A DNA stretch of 64,000 bases from Felis catus (taxonomy: Eukaryota). The stretch is from positions 109,928,001-109,992,000 of the forward strand of contig NC_058373.1 in assembly GCF_018350175.1 (NCBI RefSeq), in the 5' to 3' direction. This document shows, in pieces, positions 11,565 to 23,209 of the stretch; the stretch's first letter is position 1; every line of letters starts with the position of its first letter. The position numbers and the translations under genes are program-made. The notes under the pieces are model-generated. The model had not been told where the DNA came from, searched no databases, and saw only the letters and a list, made by a program, of their open reading frames with translations.

Positions 11565-12149
11565 TGATGAGGGAGCATAAGGCAAACTGAGGACAAGGCA
11601 TGAGCGACAACACCTCCCCGCCAGCCCTCCTCCATAGACACGCTCCACCCCCACCTCCCAGGTGGGATATGTGTGATATTCCTCAGTTACTCCTGGCTGC
11701 CCGGGGACAAATGAAAGGAAGGAAAACCAATGGTTAACTGATAGAGGTCACAGTCAAGCTTGACCTGAGTCTCCATCAGTTTGCAAATGTCTTAGTAAAT
11801 TACAAGAAAAAGGCCACCTTATCAATAGCCTAATCTCCAGGAACTCCCTACTGTCTTAATGATAATTCTTTGCTAGAGGGAAAAACAACTTTAGTTTGAC
11901 AATAGTGAGGACTCCAGTAATCTGTGAGTCTTCTTTAGCATGTGGAAATCTCTTTAAGAAACTTCCTCTTGACTTTATCTCCCCCAACTTCATAGTATTT
12001 AACCACTCTTTACAACACTAGTGCAGCTATTTCTGCCCCTGGGTCCTATCCCCACGCTTTAATAAAATCATCTTTTGTGCACCAAAGACATGTTCAAGAA
12101 TTCTTGGCCGTCTGCTCTGAACCCCCACCACCACTCCAAAACCCCATCA
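11565..12149 (+). mobile_element. Carnivore ERV1 solo LTR (CarLTR-like), short type
   Basis: TGATG...CATCA ends; TSD GTAG (11561-11564, 12150-12153); AATAAA at 12061. Confidence 0.9.
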
Positions 12150-12341
12150 GTAGGATGAGGGAGAGATGATTTATATGGGAGAAACAACAAGATCTAGTTG
12201 GCTTCAGTTGATGAATCCATGCTTAGAAAGTCATCATAAAAGGCAGTCTAAATTAAAGATCATAAAAAGGCAGAGGTATTTTATTCAGCTTGCACAATCG
12301 AAAAAAATTTCAGTTATTTGACGTTAAAAATTGAGAATTTC

Positions 12342-12560
12342 AGGAGCACCTGGGTGGCTCAGTCAGTTAAGCGTCCAACTTCGGCTCAGGTCATGATCTT
12401 GCAGTTCATGGGTTTGAGCCCCGCCTGGATCTCTGCTGACAGCTCACAGCCTGGAACCTGTTTCAGGTTTTGTGTCTCCCTCTCTCTCTGCCCCTCCCCT
12501 GCTCACATCTCTCTCTCTCTCTCTCAAAGACGAATAAACATTAAAATTTTTTTAATATAA
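12342..12560 (+). mobile_element. Can-SINE
   Basis: Consensus head, CT tract and tail. Confidence 0.93.
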
Positions 12561-12929
12561 AACTCTAAATTCTAGCTTCTCTTATACATGGGGACACTCT
12601 AGACACACTAGACCCTCATTCCTGTCTGGCAGACGTTTGTTGGAGCATGTCTTTTCCAGTTCTCCGTGTCCCAGCTTTACCTGGTTCAGTCATGCATGCA
12701 GCTTGCCTGGCCCCTGCCAGTAATCCTCTTTTCTTTCTTCTTTTCATTTTAGACTGGATAAGGATTTGCACTAGTTATCGCCTCCATGTTCTCTCCTTTT
12801 ATATTAAATCAGCTTCTGTGACACTTAAGAGTCCACTTGATAAGTCACTAGTGGTATCAGTGAAACCCCAGCTCAGAAATTCTAGCAAATACTCCAATGA
12901 TACATCATTTCACATTCTCTTTGAAAGTT

Positions 12930-13960
12930 GGTGATGCAGGCTGGCTGGGACTGAGGACCCAGAGGTGGGTCCTGCAGGACCTGCCAAGAGGGTGCCTTGG
13001 CTTCCAACAGGATGGAAATCAAACGCAGCTGAAAGGAAGCGAGAGCGGTTTATTGAAGACAGAGAGTATAGGAGCATGAGAGACTAAGAAAGGAAAGGAA
13101 AGAGAGTCTTGGTCTTTGCTTGGGGCCTGGGGTTTTTACTGAGGACAGTGGTTTGGTGTATGTGACTTCTCGGTAATCCAGGAACGAAGATGAGTATTTA
13201 GGCGTTCTCCATGTCTCCTGTCCCCTTCAAGGACCTTCTAGCTGGACTAAGAATTGACATGAGACAGATTAACAGGAGAAAATAAATTTTAATTTTGTAC
13301 GTATGGGGACTCCACACAGATGTGAAAATTGTAGACAGGCAAAACGAGGTATATATCACTTTGAACTAAGGTGAAGAAGGTAAGGGTCTGGGACTTCAAA
13401 GGGAAGTAATGCAATTCTCAGGAATATGAAAAAGAGTAAATGTTTGGTAAACAAATGTTTGCGGGTCCCCCAGAAACAACGGGACATAGAGGACTGGGAT
13501 CAAACAAGATTTGCTAAATTCCTCCCTGTCTACCATACCTAGTTCATAGTATAATGTAGCCATCTATGGTAATAGATCTCTTCCCAGAGCAGGTCCTCTA
13601 TCTAAAATGTTTTAGGCAGTTGGGGAGATAAGGAACTTTTCTGAATCTGCTGGGTTTTGATTGCTTTTATTTTTATTCTTTTTTAAAAAAATAATTATTT
13701 ATTTATTTATTCTTAAGAATAAGAGAGAGTAAGCAGGGAAGAAGAACAAAGGGAGAGAGAGAAAATCTCCACACCCAGCATGGATCCTGACGTGGGGTTC
13801 GATCCCACAACTCTGGGATCATGGCCTGAGCCAAAATCAAGCGTCAGATGCTCAGCCGACTGAGCCACCCAGGGGCCCCTTGATTGCTTTTTAATTCAAA
13901 ATAATCTTTATGCCAAAGTGGCCCAATTTGGGGGAGGGGTGTCTGCCCTTGGCCTTTATA
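12930..13960 (-). mobile_element. Composite ERV1 LTR region (unassigned LTR part 12930-13200 plus MER34-like LTR 13200-13960) with nested Can-SINE 13669-13879
   Basis: 13215-13960 shares CTAGCTGGACTAAGAAT, GATTAACAGGAGAAAAT and GGGTTTTGATTGCTTTT with the other MER34-like copies; SINE TSD TTGATTGCTTTT; TTTATT at ~13059. Confidence 0.7.
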
Positions 13961-14829
13961 CCAGTTACAACTTATTCGATGCCTTGCATTCATGCTGGAC
14001 TATCGGCTTTTGATGGTAAAGATTCAGTTTTTCATATAGTCATATTCCAAAGTGGATAAACAAGAGGTTCACTGGCTCAATAAATAGATGAAAATATACA
14101 AAGAAAATTTTTGCTCAATTGCTGCTAAAGTAAAGCTATAGTAATCAAATATAAAATTATTTTTTGGATTCCCAGCAACCAGGACAAAGAGAGAAGCAGC
14201 CAAGAGACTTGGCTTGTGGCCTGTCTATGTTCTATGATTAGCCTCTGTCCCAGCAAGCAGTGTGGAACAAACAAACAAGCAAACAAACACTCCAGCTAAC
14301 AAAGTCACTCTGGATCCCTAGCTGCTAGTGCCCTGAGGAGCAGTTGACGGGGTGCGTATCACTGGTCTGGGTTTCAGGACAGGACTTTGGTCTCTTGGAG
14401 AAACACAGTCAGAAACTGCTTTTCAGATGAGAACCTAGTTGATAAAAAACAAAACACCAGTCTTGTTGTTTACAATGGTTTAGGAGGTGGCGGAATCTCA
14501 TAACTAGTTCCTGGCCAGCAAGGCTAGAATGGGACAAGCTTCATTTGTAGGAAGTGACTAGAGCTAATGTACTAAACTTCTCACTTTCTGAATTGGTCAC
14601 AGAGTCTAGGGAAGGGTCAAGACTGCAATGGTTGCAGAAACTTTAATAGAGAATCAGGAGGAACATTACAAATTCTAAATGCAATACCAAACAAGTTATT
14701 TAATCTCACGATGTGTCTTATTGTGCCATAGTGATATGGGAAAATGAAATAAAAATAGTGACATATTAGAGGGAAAGGTGAGACACGCTACAAAAATGCT
14801 TTCTTTCTTTTTTCGTTAAAGGATATTGT

Positions 14830-15066
14830 ATAAGTTTATTTATTTGTTTTGAGAGAGAGAGAGGGCACAAGTGAACGAGGGGCAGAGAGAGAGAGAGAGA
14901 GAGAGAGAGAAGCAGGGGACTCACTTGAAGTGGGGCTTGTGCTCACTGGAAGCAGGCTGGAGTTTACCCAATAGGGGGTTCAAGCTCACCTGTTGTGGGG
15001 ACTTGAACTCACAAACTCTGAGATCCAAAGTCAGATGCTTAACGACTGAGCCACCCAGGTGCCCCC
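14830..15066 (-). mobile_element. Variant Can-SINE with tandemly repeated B-box segment
   Basis: Repeated ~21-23-nt GGGGCT(T/C)..GCTCAC units replace the usual body. Confidence 0.85.
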
Positions 15067-15194
15067 AAAATGCTTTAAAACTCCAAGATTTTGATGTAAG
15101 TTATACTGAAAATTATTCAGCAAATGCTCAGTAAGCTAGACTCCCTTATTCTGTGTATGCATGAACACAGTGCTATATAATTCAGGGACCTCTT

Positions 15195-15213
15195 TGGGCT
15201 CCCTCTGGTGGCA
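15195..15213 (-). promoter_or_regulatory. Candidate CTCF motif
   Basis: Minus strand TGCCACCAGAGGGAGCCCA in apparently unique sequence. Confidence 0.5.
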
Positions 15214-15336
15214 CACTAATCCTTAGTGATTATTAAATATTTTCAAGACTTTCTTGTAAATTAAAAGAAAAGAAAGAAGAAAAAAGAAACTGTTCTATAT
15301 TCATCAATTGTGGCTTTCATTAAAAATAGCTTTTTA

Positions 15337-15437
15337 GGGAACACCTAGCTGGCTCAGTCGGTGGAGCATATATGACTCTTGATCTTGGGGTTGTGAGTTT
15401 GAACCCATGTTGGGTACAGAGATTACTTTAAAAAAAT
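15337..15437 (+). mobile_element. Old short Can-SINE
   Basis: tRNA-like head ending GAGATTACTT-A tail; TSD AAAAATAGCTTTTTAG. Confidence 0.85.
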
Positions 15438-15712
15438 AGCTTTTTAGTTGACTAGTCTTAAGTATTCAAGTAAGTGAAAAATGAATTTTCCAGAAAACAG
15501 CTGCTAAAAATAGATCCATGGATAAATGGAAACCTGATGTAAGACAGAGGTGGCCTGGTAGATGAAAAAAGAAATACAAAACAACTGGAAAGTGAGCAAA
15601 TTATATGATTAGATTTTTCACAGTAGAGGGAGCATGTATGGGCAATAAGCATGGAAGGATTCTTTTTATTTTTTAAAAGCACCTCACAATGAACTATATT
15701 CTTTAAAAAAAA

Positions 15713-15915
15713 TTTTTTTTAATATTTATTTGTTTTTGAGAGAGAGAGTATGAGCAGAAGAGGAGCAGAGAGAGAGGGAGACACAGAATCTGAAGCAGGC
15801 TCCAGACTCTGAGCTGTCAGCACAGAGCCTGACATGGGGTTCAAACCCACAAACTGTGAGATCGAGACCTGAGCTGAAGTTGGACGCTTAAATGAGTACA
15901 CCACCCAGGCGCCCC
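15713..15915 (-). mobile_element. Can-SINE (SINEC_Fc-type)
   Basis: Full length; TSD at 15644-15664 and 15916-15936. Confidence 0.95.
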
Positions 15916-15936
15916 AATAAACATGGAAAGATTCTT

Positions 15937-16490
15937 TTTTATTTTTTTTAAATTTACATCCAAGTTAGTTAGCATATAGTGCAACAGTGATTTCAGGAGT
16001 AGATTCCTTAATGTCCCTTACCCATTTAGCCCATTCCCCCCTCACATCCCCTCCTGTAACCCTCTGTTTGTTTTCCATATTTAAGAGTTTCTTATGTTTT
16101 GTCCCCCTCCCTGTTTTTGTGTTATTTTTCCTTCCCTTCCCTTGTTTTCATCTGTTCTGTGTCTTAAAGTCCTCATATGAGTGAAGCCATATGATTTTTG
16201 TCTTTCTCTGACTAATTTCACTTAGCATAATACCCTCCAGTTCCATCTACGTAGTTGCAAATGGCAAGATTTCATTCTTTTTGATTGCTGAGTAATACTC
16301 CATTGTATACGCATACCACATCTTCTTTATCCATTCACCCATTGATGGACATTTGGGCTCTTTCCATACTTTGGCTATTGTCGATAGTGCTGCTGTAAAC
16401 ATGGGGGTGCATGTGTCCCTTCGAAACAGCACACCTGTATCCCTTGGATAAATGCCTAGTAGTGCAATTGCTGGCTCGTAGGGTAGTTCT
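15937..16490 (-). mobile_element. 5'-truncated felid L1 (ORF2 end and 3'UTR)
   Basis: Translation [18 protein letters not shown]...WKEPKCPS...MEYYSAIKKNEILPFATT; 20-bp TSD ATAAACATGGAAAGATTCTT. Confidence 0.95.
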
Positions 16491-18404
16491 ATAAACATGG
16501 AAAGATTCTTAACCTCATTAAAGAACAGAGAAATACAAGCTAAAACCAGTGAGCTACCATTTCACGCCTACCAGATTGGCTAAAAGCTAAAAATCAGTCA
16601 GTTTCTGATGTTGGTGAGGAAGTGGAGCCACAGAAGCTCTCATAATGCCCCTGATGGGACTGTAAAGTTGATATTGACTTTGGGTAACAATTTAGTATTG
16701 CCTCATAAGTTGAAAAAAAAAGGGGAGAAAGGAAAAAAAAGAAAATACCACTTCTAGTGATCTGGCATTCCATTCCTAAGTATTTACCCCAGAGAATCTT
16801 TTAATATACACTAGCAGGCATGTGCAAGAATTTCTTAGTTGCACTGTTCATGTTACCAAAAACCTGGAAACATTATTAAAGGATAAAACTTGGTGTGTTC
16901 AAATAATGAAATACTATGCAATGGTGAAAAGGATGAACCACAGCTATAAGCATGAATATGGATGAGAACCTCAAAAATACTGAATGGGGGAAAAGCTATC
17001 ACAGAAAAATACTCAAAATATGATTCTAATATATAACATCAAGGACAAGAAAAACTAAAAAAAAATATGACATAGGAATATATACATAAGTAGCAAACAT
17101 GTATTTAGAAAGTAATTCTGGTGTTTATTATTCCTTAAACTATATATTGTATTCTACTCTTTCATCTATGATATATTTCATAGTAATAAGGAAAAATAGA
17201 AAGTATTGATTTAATTTTCTATTCTGTGAGAGTAAGGATTACCCCCTTCCTCCTGGTCTCTGTTTCACATCATTATGAGACTAGCTTTCCTGTTATGGTA
17301 TCCATAACAACCAGATCCTGCTCCAAACAAAACCAAGGCTTCCTGTTCACCATAGCATGGAGTATGATAGCTTGTGTAATAGAGGATTTAAGCTCCTCCC
17401 TAGTCTGATCCCATCGGACCTTTCTCAGCTTCTTTTCTACCACTTCATTTACTGCAGTGACATGGCTCAGCTCCCGGATCCAATACCAAAACATACTTTG
17501 AGTTTTCTGACTTCTTGGTCTTTGCTTCTGACATTCTTACTACATGTTAGTTTTCGGTCTAAAAACTGTACTTTTTATCACCAACAAGCTACATACCAGC
17601 AATAGCTATTTTGCATTTTTAAAATAGGCTATTGTTAATATTTTGTAAAGAGGAAGATCATCACGTCTAAAGCAACAGACTTTCGTTTTCACTGAAAAAT
17701 GCAGACACCAGTGTGTTTACCTGGGATTATCTGGTATTACCCTTCTGACAGAAGAATCTCTTGTTTAAGCTGAGCTCATCTTGTTTTTGCAATATGATGA
17801 TAGAATTAAAGATCCTAACCACTCATATGAGTCTTACAACTATAATGGAATTATTAATGCTTTGTGTTTGTACTACTTGCCATTGGTAACATAGCCATTC
17901 AGTTGATTATCAAGTATCACTAGAAGATGTCTTCCTCATTTTACAGTTTAGGAAACTAAAGGAAAGAGAGAAGGCTTTAATTGCTAAGATAGCATGGTTT
18001 GGTAGGTGGGTTTAAGTTATTGCATCAGTAGCAGAGATAAGAATGGCAACAACAATAATGTCCTGAACATAAAAGGCTATCAGGACCTAAAATTTTCCTG
18101 TTACCTGAACAACTTGACTTATGGAAAAATTTACAAAATAAAGATGGATTTATTCAACAAACATTGGCTGGCCACCTGCCAAAATGCAAGGCAACACGTA
18201 AGGTACCTGACAGAATCACAAAGATTAATATGATGTGGTCAGTGTCTCCAAGAAGCTTACAAAGTAGGAGGGGGAATCTCTACCAGTACTTTTGATCAGA
18301 TACTGTACTAGCTTTTGTATGTGGGCTGAAGACAAGCATTTTGCTCTCGGTTAACACACTAAAAAGAACACCTCGTACTTTTCCTTTACCATTAAAAGCC
18401 TTCA

Positions 18405-18633
18405 GGGGGCGCCTGGGTGACTCATTGGGTTGGCGTCCAACTTCAGCTCAGGTCATGGTCTTGCGTTTCATGGGTTCAAGCCCTGCATGGGGCTCTGTGC
18501 TGACAGCTCAGAGCCTGGAGCCTGCTTCTAATTCTGTGTCTCCCTCTCCTTGTGCCCCTCCCCTGCTCATGCTCTCTCTCTTTCTCTCTCTCTCTCAAAA
18601 ATAGATAAACGTTAAAAAAAAAAAAAAAAAAAA
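18405..18633 (+). mobile_element. Can-SINE (SINEC_Fc-type)
   Basis: Full length with poly(A). Confidence 0.95.
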
Positions 18634-19642
18634 AGACCTCAGAATGCATTCAGTAAATTAGCAAGCATACCAAGGGGGAGGGAACATTCTGACCTATACC
18701 AGCATATTGTTTTTCATTCAAATAGCTCTTAGTTCACTGGAGGCTTTACATGAATGTTTATTACAATATTTATTTTTCTTGATTAAGATGATAGCAGGCG
18801 ACTAAGGAGTTCCATAACACAAAGTAGAAGTCTCCACCTTCCGTATAAACAGGAATATCCAGACACTAACAACTCTGAAACTTAAATCAGAAAAGCGATT
18901 GCATGAAACTGTGGGCAATGACAGTCTTTTGTAAATGTGTCTGATGTAAGGTTAGCACAGTCACAGCTCTAAACTATTATGTAAGTCTTAGTCCATCATA
19001 CAGCTGCACACACGCCTTTGAACTAAGTATAAGTAACATTTGCTGTGAACAGTACACATTTCCCAGAATTCTCAAAATCTTTTCTGTGTCCTTTAGTTCA
19101 ATTACTATTATGAAAATATCATACAGTACAGACTAGCAATATTGATGGCAAAATTATTAGTAATAAAGGGAGTTTTGCATTATGGATCCTTGAATGAGCT
19201 CAAATAGAAATAAATCAGAGGAGTATTTTGTTGATAAATGATTCTGTTCTGCACATTCATGGGAGAAACGCCAAGCAGCACAGCTAGAAGAAGCAGGCTA
19301 ACAGGAGATCTAGGCAGAGATTACCATTGCTGGTGACCATAGAGGAGACAGAGTTCAGAATTTGAGTCTAATAGAACAACGCTCACCAGTTTCCAGAATA
19401 CCACGGAGCATCCACGTTTGGCAAAAGTATCATTCAAAATTTGAAGGCATAACAAAGACATTTTCAGACACAGGCTGAGAGAATACATCACCAGCAGACT
19501 TGAAGGAATATGATATCGTGTGGAAATTTGGATCTTCACAAATTTGGATCCTTCACAAAGGATAAAGAGTGCCAGAAAAGGTAAATTTGTAGGTATATAT
19601 AAAATACTTTTTCCTCATTGTATTTGATTTTTTAATGTTTAT

Positions 19643-19866
19643 TAATGTTTTTTATTTTTTTTAATGTTCATTTTTGAGAGAGAGAGTGAGAGAGGCAAAG
19701 TATCAGCAGGGGAGGGGCAGAGAGAGAGGGAGACACAGAACACAAAGCAGGATCCAGGTTCTGCGCTGCCAGCAAAGAGCCCGCTGCAGGGCTCAAACTC
19801 ACAAACCATGAGATCATGACCTGAGCCGAAGTCAGACACTTAGACGATTGAACCACCCAGGCACCC
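19643..19866 (-). mobile_element. Can-SINE
   Basis: Full-length reverse-complement consensus. Confidence 0.93.
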
Positions 19867-20065
19867 AATTTAAAAGCCACTTGTTATTTAAATAAAAGAC
19901 AATTAAAATGTAGAGTTCATAATATATGTAGAAGTAAAAAGTGTAACAATAATGCATAAAGACAGGAAAGAAGTAGATGCATAGCTTTATAAGTTTCTTA
20001 CATTCTATGTGAAGGGGTAAAATATTACTTGAAAGTAAATTGGGATAGGTAAATAAACGTTAAAA

Positions 20066-20289
20066 TTTTTTTTTTTTTAACGTTTATTTCTTTTTGAGAC
20101 AGGGAGAGAGACAGAGCATGAACGGGGGAGGAGCAGAAAGAGGGAGACACAGAATCGGAAGCAGGCTCCAGGCTCTGAGCCATCAGCCCAGAGCCCGACG
20201 CGGGGCTCGAACTCACGGACCGCGAGATCGCGAGATCGTGACCTGAGCTGAAGTCGGACGCTTAACCGATTGAGCCACCCAGGCGCCCC
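20066..20289 (-). mobile_element. Young Can-SINE
   Basis: CpG-rich; internal 8-bp duplication CGCGAGAT. Confidence 0.95.
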
Positions 20290-20545
20290 AAACTTTAAAA
20301 AAAGAAATAGAGAGGACACAGATTTATCAATATCAAGAATGAGGTAGGGTTATTAGTATAGATCCTACAGACTTTGATAGGATAATAAGGGGATATTATA
20401 AACAACTATCATTTTTAAAATTGGATAATTGAGAGGAAATTCCCTGCAAAACACAACTTACTACAACCAGCCCAATATGAAAGGAAACAGAGTGGTCCTG
20501 TATCTATTTAAGAAATTTAATTTGTCATTTAAAATTATTAAAGTA

Positions 20546-20760
20546 GGGACACCTGGGTGGCTCAGTCAGTTAAGCATCCAACTTCGGCTCAGGTCATGAT
20601 CTCACAGTTTGTGGGTCTGAGCCTCCTGTCGGGCTCTGTGCTGACAGCTCAGAGCCTGGAGCCTGCTTAGGATCCTGTGTCTCCCTCTCTCTCTGCCCGT
20701 CTCCAGCTCACGCTGTCTATCTCTCAAAAATAAATAGACATTTAAAAAAATTTTTTAAAC
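20546..20760 (+). mobile_element. Can-SINE
   Basis: Full-length consensus. Confidence 0.93.
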
Positions 20761-21999
20761 AAATTACTTAATATTTGTGTAGAGAAAAATATTAACTTTA
20801 CAATGAAGTAATGTCTTGACCACTACTTTCACTTAGTGAGTAAAATTAACATTAACAATATTGGAATAATATTGAATTATGTCCCAATATCCAATATGAG
20901 TTTAATTATGAGAAACAGCAGACATTCAGATTGAATGACATTTTGTAAAATATCTGGTCTATACTCTCAACATTGAGGAACAAGTCTAGATTAAAAGAGA
21001 CCAATGAGTCATCACAACTAAATACAATATGGCATTCTGGGTTGGACTGTGGACAAGGAAAAAGAAATAGCTATGAAGCACATTAATTTGGACAATATGG
21101 ACTTCAGATTAGATAATAGTATATCAATATTAAATTTTCTGATTTAGGTCATCGTACTGGCTACGTAAGAGAATGTCCTTGTTCTTAGAAAATATACAAA
21201 AAGTGTGTAGGGGTAAGGGCATAGTTGCCCTCTAACCTGGTAACAACTTAATTTTAAATGGTTCAGAAAGAATATACATACATATATGTGTATGCCTGTG
21301 TATGTACAAACAAATTAAATATAGAAAGAGAGAATGATTAAGTGGTGCAAAATTTAAATAATTTGCAAGTCTGCTGGGTATATGGAAGTTCCTTAGACTG
21401 TTATAAATTTTGTAAATTTGTAATTATATCAAAGTTAAAAGTATACAGTTATTCACACTACCAGTATGTGTATCTATAGTGTATCAGTATGTGCATGCGT
21501 GTGTATGTGTATCTGCTAAATTCAGTGGCAGGTTGCTATACTCAATATGATACACTTATCACCATATAAGAATATGGTGATGCATATTCTTAAGGATCAC
21601 AAACCCTCTATATTGACAGTCCCACCATTCTCTATTCCTCGAATATTGTTGTTTTGGAAATGCTGGGAAGTTAGGGGAAAAAAAGCCCCCTTTATTTTCA
21701 CTCTTAATCCAAGCTAGTATGCCTCATATTCAGGATCTACTTAGGATTAACGCTTCCTGACAATATGAATATTTACAATTGTGACTTCAAACCTGTTCAT
21801 GAAGCGATTTTATCTCTGCTGAACTGCTTCTAGGGAAGGATTACTTGAAGGAATTAGAATAATCCAAAAAAATACCATGTGTGTCTAGCATGAAAAATCT
21901 GTTCATAAAAATCTACAAGATTGAATAAACCCAAACAAATAGGAAGCTTTAGTAAAGTTTTTTTTTTAATCATTATCAATAGTACACAGTGCACTTTAA

Positions 22000-22025
22000 A
22001 GTTTATTCATTTATTTTGAGAGAGG

Positions 22026-22073
<48 letters not shown>

Positions 22074-22195
22074 CCTAGGCAGGCTCTGTGCCATCGGTGC
22101 AGAGCCCAATGTGGAGCTCCATCCCAGGAATCACAAGATCATGACTTGAGTAGAGATCAAGAGTTGGACACTTAACTGAGTCATCCAGGCACCTC
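22000..22195 (-). mobile_element. Can-SINE with expanded (GA)n
   Basis: SINE core; long GA microsatellite at 22028-22071. Confidence 0.9.
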
Positions 22196-23209
22196 TACAT
22201 GCACTCTATTTATAAAGAGTCAAGTAATTCAACGAGTTTTGTTAAGAAAAATAGCAATACCCTGGCCTCCTCCTGCCCATTACCCACTTTTCAGAGGCAA
22301 CTACTCTCATCTCGTACAGCTAAATATTTTGATGTTTACTGCCCTGTCTCTAAATAGCATGCTTAATTGTTATTTCTTGGTTTTTCAGTTTTATAAACTA
22401 TTTATTGGTTTCTAACTATGGGAGATGGGGACCCAACTCTTTGTTTTCCCTTCACCCACCAGACAGGCATTCATCGTTCCCTTCCCTTCCTTCCATCCTC
22501 CCACGGTGATTTTGTCACCTTGAAGACAATACAAATTTGTCCTACAGCCACTTCTGCAGCGGCTTTGGTCTCGGTTTCTCTTAGTGGCTCCTTTTCCCTC
22601 CATGGCCCAGCCTGCTAGCTTGTGTCCCTGTATGTGTCTACACACACCAACAGGTGGAGTTTTTCTACTCCCTGTTTTTGTTTTTGTTTTTTCTTCTGTT
22701 TTGAAGGCAGAACAGCTTGTCCGGCTGCCAGTTTTATGCAGAGAGCTCATTTACAGCTCTACCCTGTGCATAGTCTCCGTCTGCAGTAACCGTCTCAGGC
22801 CCTGTTTCCTCAAGGGCTTTTAGACCCTAGCCTCTTCCGCTTATATTCAGCTCTGATCCTTGAAGGCCATTGGCTTCAACTCATGATCACAATTCTAATT
22901 TGAAACTTCTCTTCATTTCTCGGCATATGAGAATTTCTGGGTGGTATTTGTAGACAGAAGAGCCAGGAAGATTATCTTTCGCTGATAAATAGTGAGTTTG
23001 AAAATTTTTAAAACACAACCTATCTCATTTCATTGCACTTCTGGTATGTACTTATACTCTTTAAGGTTTAACTTCAAATAGCTAATGGGCTACTAATTTG
23101 CAAGGTTTATCTAAGTCTGCATAGACGTTGTTGTTGTTGTTAAAGTTATTATTTGCTTACTGGTTTCACAGAACCCTAAAACTTCCAGGTTGCAAGCGTC
23201 GGTATTCTG

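Larger units (their letters stand above)
15520..17200 (+). mobile_element. Ancient L1M 3' region (host of nested insertions)
   Basis: Degenerate ORF2-end/3'UTR motifs (CATTTCACGCCTACCAGATTGGC, GTTGGTGAGGAAGTGGAGC, CCTAAGTATTTACCC). Confidence 0.7.
19400..21440 (+). mobile_element. Fragmented ancient L1M (ORF1 end, spacer, ORF2 piece, 3'UTR)
   Basis: AAAGACATTTTCAGACA..GCTGAGAGAAT..CACCAGCAGAC; ATAGATCCTACAGAC..GGATAATAAGGGGATATTATAAACAACT; AGAGAATGTCCTTGTTCTTAG. Confidence 0.65.

Noticed and set aside
9011..12149. Two plus-strand LTRs as the ends of one provirus
   Set aside because: Each has its own TSD, they are different subtypes, and no PBS, PPT or internal sequence lies between them.
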